Assembly: GCF_006345805.1 (NCBI RefSeq)
Contig: NC_043008.1
Coordinates: forward strand, 31,434,001-31,498,000
Length of the DNA stretch: 64,000 nucleotides
Direction of reading: 5' to 3'
Origin: Octopus sinensis
Taxonomy: Eukaryota
Positions 12,131-22,903 of the stretch are shown piece after piece. Both the position numbers and the translations under genes were made by a program. Positions within the stretch are counted from its first letter, which is position 1. Each line of letters begins with the position of its first letter. The notes beneath the pieces were generated by a model. The model was not told where the DNA came from. It did not search any database and saw nothing but the letters and a program-made list of their open reading frames with translations.

Positions 12131-14076
12131 TATGAAATACAAACTAAATTAAATATGAATATCAGAGTAGGTACACCCATACAAGTGTGGGTACATACCC
12201 ATAATATATCATATACACATACATATGAGTGCATATACTCATACTCCTATACATATATATATACATATACATAATAATATAAATCAATATACAAACATAT
12301 GTTCCATATTCAACTTAATATTATGATATTACAATGTAGAAAACACACATATAAATACTCAAATGCAGACATACAAAGTCGAGAGTACATTATATTAATT
12401 TACAAAATGTCATTCATATTAACATCATTACTATTATCATTACCACTATTGCTACTAATATCATTATTATTATTATTAATAACACTAATACTAGCAAAAC
12501 AATATATGCATCACACGGTTAGCAACATAATAGCAAAAACACGAACAACAATAGTACTACAGTACCATGCAAAGCATTAAGGATCTGCATATACATATAA
12601 AATGAAAAATAAAGGCATTTGGTTTACATGATATTAAGTTCCACAGGTGTATAAATGTACATTCGAGTGCAATCTATAATTTCAACTGACACAAATACAG
12701 TATTACGTTTAGAAATAGTTAATAATCGAACGCTAAAATATGATTGGCCTATACATTTAAATTTAAATTTCAATTGTCTTCGTTACGGTTGGTTTGTTAA
12801 GAAACACCCACACACACATGCTTACATACAAATCTACTCACATATATCCATAAAAATGCATACATGCAATCACACAGACATCTATACCCAGTCGATGTAC
12901 GTTATTATCATAAGATACATAATTAAAATAACTCCGTATATTTCGTAAACAATTTATCGTGCTACTGAAAACTTCCAGATAGTCACAATTTCGACTCTGT
13001 TCTCATTCAAACTTTCACTAATAAACCAGCACAGGTATGGGAAAACTACACCAACATGTATACATACACACATACACACACACACGCACACCAGCATACA
13101 TCCATAAACATATATACACTCGCATGCACTGCATCTGCAAACATTCGCGTATACATATATACATATTTAAATATGTATTTATGTACTCATATGTATAAGA
13201 AAAACATATACACATATATCCACCTATGAATATACATATACATATAAAAGTACACATACACATACATATACATATGAACACATTTCGACATATCCACATA
13301 TATTTACGAAATTACAGAAATACATGTCTGCCCACCAAAGGATGTATAAATACATAAACAATGTGTTAACAGAAATTACTATTAATTAAGATATAAGTAA
13401 ATTAATTATAAATTAAATTAATTATAAATTAAATTAATTATAAATTAATAAGTGCTATTCCTTAAAAATAAAATAAAATAAAATAAAATAAATAAATAAG
13501 AATAAATAAGAATAAATGAATAAATAAATAAATAAATTTTAAAAAAGATAAATAAATAGAAATATATATATATCAATATATAAATAGATAAATAGATAAA
13601 TAAAATAAGATACAAATTAAGATGAGTACAAAGATAACTTAATATATAAGACTGCCAAACAAATACATTGAAAAGCTTATATGCTAATCCAAAATAAACA
13701 ACGTATACTAAATATAGACCCACACTTGTTACATATTAGTATAACAAATCCCAAACCAACGCCCTAAGATATGATATGCATATACGCCCGACACCCGTGG
13801 AAAACTCCATGAAGATCAGAATATCATGTATATGCACCCAGGTGGTGCTATTAAGTTAGACATGGCCTGGGCCAATAATGGCCGAAACCTATCAAAGTAT
13901 CAAAGTATATATCAAAATACATATATATTTCAATATATTTTTCAAGCCGGGACAAAAAACAATCAATGTAGAACATATATATGGAGATACAAAATTATAA
14001 ATTATAAATTATAATGACCAATAGCACAATCCTATAAAGAGGAATGTTAAAAAATTACTGGTAGAAAAACTAGGGG

Positions 14077-15124
14077 CTATTTAAATCTAGAGAAAGTATA
14101 CGCTAATTTGTGAAGGCAAAAAAAAATTCCGCTCGTTAATATTATTAGCTTTGATGATGAAGAAAATTTCATTGATACATAACGTGCATTTTTTATTTCT
14201 ACTATTGTATACAGGTGCAGAAGTTAGTATTTCACAATTTAATTTAAAATCTATGTTCTTACTCTTGAGTTCCCAAATATACGTACTTAACTCCGTAGAA
14301 TCCATCCTATTTTTATTTTTAAAAGTATATCTATGATAGTTTAGCCGTTGTTTCATACTATTTTTTGTCGTACCAATGTATACCCTACTATCATATTGTG
14401 TATTTACAGTGCATTGATAAACCACCTCTTTCCTCAGGCATTCATTACTGAACACACATTGATTCCTGTTTCTGCAATTGCAGCTATTAACAGATTGAGG
14501 AAATTTAACCTTGACAAAATTCACTGTATCCCTATTCCTATTAATAGTATTACATATATTTCCACTACCTAATCCTAAATTTAACGAGAGTTTATGTTTA
14601 ACATTATTGGTGATATTCTCATCAATAGGATTACTATTGCGGATAGCAGTATCATCCATTAAATTAATATTTGTCGTTACAGGTGTAGTGCTATTATAAC
14701 CAACGTGATGGTTGCTCACGTTTGCACTCATAGATTTCTTTCTCTACGGTTATAGAGATTTATCTTTCTATCATTATAGAAGCAATCTAATTTCCTATTA
14801 TTAAAGGAGGAAATGATGGTGGCTAAATTATGCGTAATGCTATATCCTATTCTAATAGTTTTATTGTTAATTATTTGGCCAAATTTATTCTTACCCTTAA
14901 CAAAGTGCCTATACAATAAATTATGTATTATTCTAACTATATCTGTTTTAATCTGCATTGCATATGGGATTATTAGCCATAGTGTATCATTATCACTATG
15001 TGGGTTACCTATCAAATTGTTATTGTTGGCAAAAACCCTATTTCTCTTCCATCCCATATGCCTTCTACCTTTAACATTGCCAAGATTATGCCTAGAATCC
15101 ATCTTAAAATTAGTTTTATTATTA

Positions 15125-15180
<56 letters not shown>

Positions 15181-15707
15181 GCGTAAATAAACTTTACTAT
15201 TACCATACATAATATCATTGGTATTATGCATATTATTATTAATATTACTACTATCACTATTGTGCGCTAAGTTATTTAAACTAATGTCAACAGCTCCAAA
15301 AGTACCAAAACTCGTATTATTGCCATATATATTTTTATATAGCATATTTTTCTTTATCCTACAGTTATTATTGTCCATTCGAAATTTATTTGTGTTATTC
15401 GTAATAGATCCACCTGTATTCGAAAGATTATCATTGGGTATATACCAAATTTTACTAAGCAATGCCGTATTATATCTTTCACAATGCTTATTAAATACGT
15501 GCCAGTTAGAGGATAGATAAGAGATTCTCTGACTAATGCTACGTACCAGTGACTTTTAATTTGAGGGGGGTGATTGCTAGAGTAGTTTATATATACTAAG
15601 TTAGAGTTAGGTTTAATATAAGGTTCATGTATCCCATTAGTAAGGTTGCAATTGACATCTAAATAATTTGCAGAGTAATTTTCGTTTTCAATAATTATGG
15701 ATAAGCC
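14077..15707 (-). pseudogene. Naiad-type PLE polyprotein remnant: RT C-terminus/thumb, linker, GIY-YIG endonuclease (three frameshifts)
   Basis: GLSIIIENENYSANYLDVNCNLTNGIHEPYIKPNSNLVYINYSSNHPPQIK (RT motif NFLDV..L..G...PY.KPN...YI...SNHPP); linker WLIIPYAMQIKTDIVRIIHNLLYRHF..KNKFGQIINNKTIRIGYSITHNLATIISSFNNRKL; endonuclease CNCR...C...ECL...VVY....YIGTT...KQRL..H...F...TELS.YIW.LK....C.LC..E....N.R..FCLH. Frame breaks near 15555, 14730 and 14120. Confidence 0.88.
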
Positions 15708-16021
15708 GATAATAGTAATGATGTTAATATGAATGACATTTTGTAAATTAATATAATGTACTCTCGACTTTGTATGTCTGCATTTGAGTATTAATATGTG
15801 TATGTTTTCTACATTGTAATATCATAATATTAAGTTGAAAAACTGTAATATTGAATATGGAACATATGTTTGTATATTGATTTATATTATTATGTATATG
15901 TATAGGAGTATGAGTATATGCCCTCATATGTATGTGTATATGATATATTATGGGTATGTACCCACACTTGTATGGGTGTACCTACTCTGATATTCATATT
16001 TAATTTAGTTTGTATTTCATA

Positions 16022-16148
16022 ATCTCCGAAGAGGCCTTGAGATATTTTTGTAAGTGTCTCATTTATAACTACATATTGACCTATCACACATGGCTAATAT
16101 GAGCAAAATGAGACACCCGTATCTACATGGCCGAAACAGCTGTAAGAT
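16022..16148 (+). ncRNA. Type I hammerhead ribozyme with extended stem II (inverted arm copy)
   Basis: ATCT 16022-25, CCGAAGA 16026-32, GGCC 16033-36 / 16129-32, GAAAC 16133-37, AGCT, GTA 16142-44, AGAT 16145-48. Confidence 0.7.
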
Positions 16149-16399
16149 GTAGTTTATATTTATATTTATATTTTTATATTCTCTTATACATACTGTACTT
16201 ATTGTACCATATTACTCCTTCATGTACACTGTTTTGTTCTATATTAATATGTTTGACCTTAACGTTCATATGGTAGTTGATAATTGATTTAGATGTATTT
16301 CTCCATTTTCTTATTTTGTATTATATATAAATATATAATTATTTATATTATTATATGATTGAACGCCACACATCCTCTTACAAGTATGTATACACACAC

Positions 16400-16437
<38 letters not shown>

Positions 16438-17989
16438 ACACACACACAACATACGCCGTAAAACCCATGTAGTTTGCGCACCTGTGTAATTTACGGACGT
16501 GATTTTCAAGATAGAAATTGTTAAAAGAAGTTTCTACTCGTGTAAAATTCGCACCCAAAAGTTTTCAGAATTGCCGATATGGCCAGGGGGAAAAGGTTTT
16601 CAATTTAGTTATATTTAGCATCATTTCCCTTACGTACGGTTAGATTTTATTAAATTTTCATTAAACAAAAATTATATCTGTTTAACAGGTATCACATTGA
16701 AGCTATTGAATTACGAAGTGTTTGTGTTGTTTATAATAAACTTTATTTTACATTTCTTGTCCACAAGAGATTATGTCCGATCTTTAGCATACTTCTTTAT
16801 GTTTTCTCAAATCACGATCACAGGAAAAGTTGTTGATAATTTTTATCAACAAAAACAAAGCTGATAAATACGCACAAGTGTTGCAAAATAAGTTTAATTC
16901 CCAATAAACATCAGCTTGTATGACACTTTACTCAACCGACAGATGAAGGTGACCGATCAAACTGAGGATGTAAACAGAATTCTGATTGGTCGAAAGTGTT
17001 TTCTTGTCTCAAGCTCTGATGTTCTGCCTATTCTTGTCGGAACCTTTGATACAGAGTATAGATATTTTAATCCCTTTCACATTTATAAAATGTCAAGCAA
17101 ACTTTAAAAATTTGTCATTACCGTTTGGTAACCCACTAAAATAAACATTAAAAATCGAGAGGAGAAAATAAGCAGCTTTGCAAGTTTAACTCAGTGTTTA
17201 TTGAACAATAGAGGTGCGAAATTTATGAAGCGACTTGTTAGAATATATACGTCTGTGAGGAGACAAGAATAGCAAAAAATTACTATACCAAAAGAACTAG
17301 TAATACATACATTACAATTGTTCTAATGAAGAGAACATAAGATTGCTGCATAATTCAACATGAATGTGAAACGACATTAAACATCGTATAAGGTAAATTG
17401 AAGGTTTCTGTAGGAACGCTAAGTGAAGTGAGTTTACATGCGCAACGATGAATTATGATGTTGTCGTAGACGTTAGATGCAGTAAGAGCTGGCAGCGGCG
17501 TTATCGGCGGTCATGAATATCATTGTCCTAACAAGAAAGCGCGCAATAGCTTCCTGGAGGCAAACGCAAGCTAGACTTCTTAAGCGGAGAAAAACTGATC
17601 TAGTTAAGGAAGTTGCTGAGCTCCATTGCGATAGTTAGAAATTCCAAGCAATGTAGAATATACCCCGGACGGTGATTAACAGCATGAACGTCAAACTTCA
17701 AAAAGTAGCTAACCTTTTAATGGTTTTAGTAAATTTATAAAGAAAAAGTAAGCATTATACCGTCCAGCATAAATAAAAGTCAACTTCATTATATCTTTTC
17801 TGAAAAAACTTATTCTGATATTAAATGAGTCAACTTCCGGTACGAGTAGTTACATCTGTACGACATTTTTCAACAACGAAAGATTTATAAAAACATTCTG
17901 GAAACGATCTAATCACGTAATTTATGCGTTCCCTAAAGTTTATTTTTGTTTTTGCGAAAAAAAATTGCATACATTACATGGGGTTTTAT

Positions 17990-18150
17990 ATATATACACG
18001 CCGGGCTTCTATCGGTTTCTGTCTACTAAACCCACGCTCAAGACTTTTTGTCGTCCTGGAGCTATAGTAGACGACAGTTGCCCAATGTGCCATGCTACGG
18101 AACTGAACTCGAAGTCATGTGGCTATGAAGCAAAGCTTCTTACCACACAG

Positions 18151-18152
<2 letters not shown>
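17990..18152 (-). mobile_element. SINE family A, degenerate 5' half
   Basis: ttctatcggtttctgtctactaaacccacgc...gctatagtagacgacagttgccca...ttcttaccacacagc. Confidence 0.7.
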
Positions 18153-18188
<36 letters not shown>

Positions 18189-18201
18189 CATATATATATA
18201 C

Positions 18202-18275
<74 letters not shown>

Positions 18276-18659
18276 ATCCGTTCTGTCTATATGTCTTCTA
18301 GGATCTCGGGCATCCTCCATCCGATTGCGCTCAAATTTGATATGTAGATACCGACGGTATCAGGGCGCGTATAAGTCTTGAAAAATTACAAAAATCAATT
18401 CCAGGTGAGAATGCGATCGATAAAGCCGTGGGAACGTGCATTTGCACGCGCAAGTTCATCCGCCCGTTGCGATCGATACTACGCGTACGCGAGAAAAATG
18501 CAAGAAGTCTCAAATTTAGGTTAAATCAGTGTTTCTCAAAGGGGAGGCCTATGGGACGGTCGGACAAGTTGTTTTGAGAAAATTTCGTTTAAATGTTTGA
18601 TAACTTAGCACCGCCCATTGGACGGTGGGTGTTTTGCTCGTATATATATATAATATATA

Positions 18660-18689
<30 letters not shown>

Positions 18690-18691
<2 letters not shown>

Positions 18692-18812
18692 CACCATGAT
18701 CACCGTGACCGACTAGGCTATCAGATGTTGCTACACATCGCTGGTCACAATGCGCTTCGCATTGTTTTAGCCTTCAAATGACGCCACCCCGCTGGCTATG
18801 CGAGCAGGCCGA
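18690..18812 (-). mobile_element. OR-type SINE, 3' part
   Basis: atcagatgttgctacacatcgctggtcacaatgcgcttcgcattg, shared with 4075-4180 and 19560-19622. Confidence 0.8.
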
Positions 18813-18873
18813 TATATATATATATATATATAAAATTGAATAAGGGTATATATATATATATATATATATATTA

Positions 18874-18910
<37 letters not shown>

Positions 18911-18922
18911 GTATATATATAT

Positions 18923-19054
18923 AAGGTTAATCAAACAGGAAAACAGAAAAAACAACAACACGTGGAACAATTAAAGTAATATTATTAGGCGCTCAGGAAA
19001 AAGGGAAGAAGGAGGTATGACGTTTCGAGCGGAGCTCTTCGTCGGAAACAATAC
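18923..19054 (-). mobile_element. Short non-coding HHR-bearing repeat (PLE-type 3' end)
   Basis: Minus strand CCGACGA-A-GAGC-TCC-GCTC-GAAAC-GTC-ATAC; 3' end abuts (TA)n; homologous to 20553-20756 and 26831-27034. Confidence 0.75.
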
Positions 19055-19300
19055 ATAAACACACACACATACACATACACATACGCACACACACATATAC
19101 TTACACACATGCACACACATACATACATACACCCATACACATACACACACATACTTACATACTCCTATACGCACATACATACACACAGACATACACACAT
19201 ACACACTCACACATACATACACACACCCATACACTCACACTCACATACATACACACCAACATATACACGCACACGCACACATACACGCACACACACACCT

Positions 19301-19373
<73 letters not shown>

Positions 19374-19377
<4 letters not shown>

Positions 19378-19622
19378 CAGCGAACTCGCGGTCGTAGGAT
19401 CGCGGTTTCGATTCCCAGACCGGGCGTTGTGTGTGCTTATTGAGCGAAAACACCTAAAAGCTCCACGACGCTCTGGAGGTGGTGATCCCTGCTGTACTTT
19501 TTCACCACTCTTTCTCTCTCTCTTTCTTCTGTTGGCCTGCTCGCTTAGCTAAAACAATGCGAATACATTGTGACCAGCGATGTGTAGCAACATCTGATGG
19601 TCTGGTCGGTCACGTAATCACG
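19374..19622 (+). mobile_element. OR-type SINE (5' end clipped)
   Basis: agggcagcgaactcgcggtcgtaggatcgcggtttcgattcccagaccggg...ggtcggtcacgtaatc. Confidence 0.85.
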
Positions 19623-20322
19623 TGATATATATATATACAGTTATATACATACATACATACATACATACATACATACATGTATGTACGTATGTATGTATAT
19701 ATTATAGGAGACGCTTGCAGAAGATACAAGGCAGTGGGATTGAAACCGTGACCGTGTCGCTACGAACTGGGCTTCTGCACCTGAAAATTCCCTCTGTGCT
19801 TGCGCCCAAACATTACGCTGACACAGAAATTCTGAAATGTGCTTAGCGCAAAAACAACCTCTTCCACCTACACAAAATAATTATTAACCATTACAGCTAC
19901 CTTGGAACTGTTGCAGCTTAATTTATGCTTCAATCAGTTAAATATCTTGGGAGATAGCTTCTCTTGGATTAACATAAAATTCTTCTTCCATATTTGAGCT
20001 CAGCTTTTCAATCTAGGATGATGTTGCATTTCCGCTCAGAGAGAAAATATTAAATTAGGAGAGAGGAAAGCACTGAATTCTTGAGGCTCCCTATGGACAT
20101 CGTATTATTTCCTTTGTTATTTCTATTTTACTTCCCTACTTTGAGTGCGGAGGGGATAGTCTTCTTTCCGGTGCTGACATGAGACCAGACTACGGTTTGA
20201 AATGTTTATATAGCAGAAATCTTTGCCGCCCACGACAAATGTTCTCCTTTGAATTCCAATTGCTCATTCCCGTAGAAGTTCATATTGATACAGACATCCA
20301 CGCACACACGCACGCGCGCGCG

Positions 20323-20375
<53 letters not shown>

Positions 20376-20552
20376 TCTGATGCTACTAAACCAAGGTAAT
20401 ATTAATAACCAGCTGTTAGCACTCAATATATTAACATTTTGCAATTGAAGGAATTCCTTTCATTAGCTTTATATATATATATATATATATTACATACAAT
20501 ACGTATGTATGAATGTATGTAAATGTATGTATATAATATATATAATATATAT

Positions 20553-20756
20553 AATGTGACCTCGTGTTGACCGTTGGCGATTTTTTTCCTCTGTCTTTCC
20601 TTCTCTGGATCTTTCCTTCTCTTATGTTTCCGATCGCGACGAAGAGCTCCGCTCGAAACGGTAAACCCTCCTTCTTCCTTCTTTCCAATAATACTATATT
20701 TGTTCCACGTCCTCGCGTTGTTGTGTTTTTTTTGTGCTTTCTTGTCTGGATTAACT
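20553..20756 (+). mobile_element. Short non-coding HHR-bearing repeat (PLE-type 3' end)
   Basis: cgacgaagagctccgctcgaaacgg at about 20637-20661 (core disturbed by a small insertion); 3' end abuts (TA)n. Confidence 0.75.
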
Positions 20757-20783
20757 ATATATATATAAATATAGATAGATATA

Positions 20784-20816
<33 letters not shown>

Positions 20817-21717
20817 GATATATTATATATTCTATATATGCAAACATATATATGTCTATATATAGTTAAATATATATATATTAAAATATATATATATACT
20901 ATATATATATATATATATAGATATAATATATATCTAATATATATGCATACATATATATATATATATATATAATATATATATACATATATATATATTATAA
21001 TATAGAGAGAGAGAGAGAGAGAGAGAGAAGAGAGAGAGAGCATAAGAAAATAGACCGGATGAAGAGTTGGTATTCATCAACTTATAGAACATTATATCAT
21101 GTCTATTTATTTTTTAAAAAAGACAATTATAGCAATATAAATACCTGTATAACATATTATGCTTTACATATATAAAATATAAAATATATATATATATGTA
21201 TACTTCCGGTTTTCGTAGAGTAAAGACGTGTTGCTTTGCTCTATGATAAAAAAAAACGAAAAAGGTTTGCATAAATCGACGAAATAATCGACGAAAACTC
21301 ATAAAAAACATAGAACTTGCTATCTCGTAGCGGTGTTCTAGGATATTTTGGTTAAAAACCGCAATATATTTCGCTACAAGCCAAATATAATACACTAAAG
21401 TTAATTACGCACGCCAGATTCCCCGTCGAAAAAAGCACGTGGTGACATCTTTTAAATTTATTTCCAGTCGGCTCTAACAGCAAAAAGAACCGTTTTTTTC
21501 ATTTTTTTTAAAAAACCTCTTCGTTTAGGGAGAAGATTTTGACTTTTACCTCTTATAAATAAGTACCCTTTTCATTTATTATTTTCCGTAATTCATGTAA
21601 GGGCCTATTCTCTGTTTACATTCTGTAATATCTTTTCGGTTTCTGTTTTATCTCCGTTACATCTATTTATTTATTTATATTTATTTGTTACTTTGTTTAT
21701 ATATGTGTATGTGCATA

Positions 21718-21787
<70 letters not shown>

Positions 21788-22111
21788 ATATGTGTGTGTG
21801 GTGTGTGTGTGTGTGTTAGAAGTATAGTCGAATTAGTTTAGTTTAGAAGAAATATCTGTAGCTACGGACAGATATATATTCATTTTCTATTTCTTCTTTC
21901 TCTCTCTGTCTCTTCACTTCTCTCCCTCACCCTCTCATCCCTCACGCCTTTCCTTGTCTCTTCATTACTCTCTTCTTATCTTCTTTCAGCTCTCAATCTC
22001 TCTTTAAATACATAGACGCTTTCTTTCTCTATTTCTTCTCTACCCTCTATCGCACTATTAAATTAATATAAATTAATATAATTAGATAGATAGATAAATA
22101 AAATATCAAAA

Positions 22112-22903
22112 ATGTCCAGAACCTGGAAAAGTAACGAATTGGCGTTGTTCCTGAGAGCCTGGTGATGCTCCGACGGAGATAATCCGAACATAATTACAGC
22201 TGCGCTGAAGAGCAGTGGATATAAAAGAACGATAGCGCAGATAGAGCGAAAAAAGCAGGAGTTTATACGCTCCTATGCACTCATAAGATCTCACATTGGC
22301 ACGCTTGATGCCATCTTTGACAACGAACAATAAAGGATGGCAGGATGAAGGCGCGGTGCTGATGAAAGATATCACCCACCCACTTGGTAACACCCAGGAA
22401 GAAGATTCAAGTGAGAACCTGCCCGGGAAGTAAACCCAAGTGTAAGTGCTCCTACCAGCACCAAAAGCCATGGAGATGAAAGAGCCAAAAAAGAAATAAA
22501 AGGAGGAAAAACTTAAAGAAGAACAAAAGATGAAACAGCCAAGGATAGAAGCAAACCTGACTATCCATGTACCAAAAAGGATAGAAACAGACAGCGCACA
22601 CGAATATGTAAATTCTACATGAAAGGTGTCTGCTGGCATGGAGAGGAAGGTGCAGACTGCCGTTTTGCACATCAAAGACCCTGCCACATATACTCGAAAC
22701 AGGTCAGAAACCAACTACCAAAAGGAAAAGGAATGGACCACGCACCACCTGCCCCAAAACGGAGGTACGCAGATGTGGTGCGTGCTACAAACCGCCAACA
22801 TGTTATTGAAAGGGCAGCTGCTGAACAAGAATCTTTTTTGTGCATGGCACAAAAGATTGTACAGCAGCTAACCTGGCTCCATCAAACTCAAACTCGCAGA
22901 TGA
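22112..22903 (+). pseudogene. LINE ORF1 remnant: Myb/SANT-like N-terminus plus CCCH zinc finger
   Basis: MSRTWKSNELALFLRAW*CSDGDNPNIITAALKSSGYKRTIAQIERKKQEFIRSY from ATG 22112, then CKFYMKGVCWHGEEGADCRFAH at about 22605-22671; several stops and frameshifts. Confidence 0.7.

Larger units (their letters stand above)
11792..16323 (-). mobile_element. Naiad-type Penelope-like element, 5'-truncated inside RT, with an inverted 3'-end copy (about 620-650-bp inverted arms)
   Basis: 11792-12438 is the reverse complement of 15708-16323. The coding remnant begins exactly at the arm junction (15707). An HHR lies in each arm. Confidence 0.85.

Noticed and set aside
13860-13895. ggcc...ggccgaaac hammerhead half-motif
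   Set aside because: No properly placed CUGANGA-type core or stem I; antisense to the PLE ORF.
14077-14731. Selenocysteine-containing Naiad
   Set aside because: The conserved Cys positions are normal Cys codons; the only TGA (14728-30) is not in frame with the endonuclease and looks like a frameshift.
19950-20290. Short protein-like frames on the minus strand (IEKLSSNMEEEFYVNPREAISQDI; NFYGNEQLEFKGEHLSW)
   Set aside because: Under 30 codons, weak splice signals, no recognisable family.
22106-22714. 202-aa minus-strand ORF
   Set aside because: Antisense shadow of the purine-rich LINE ORF1.
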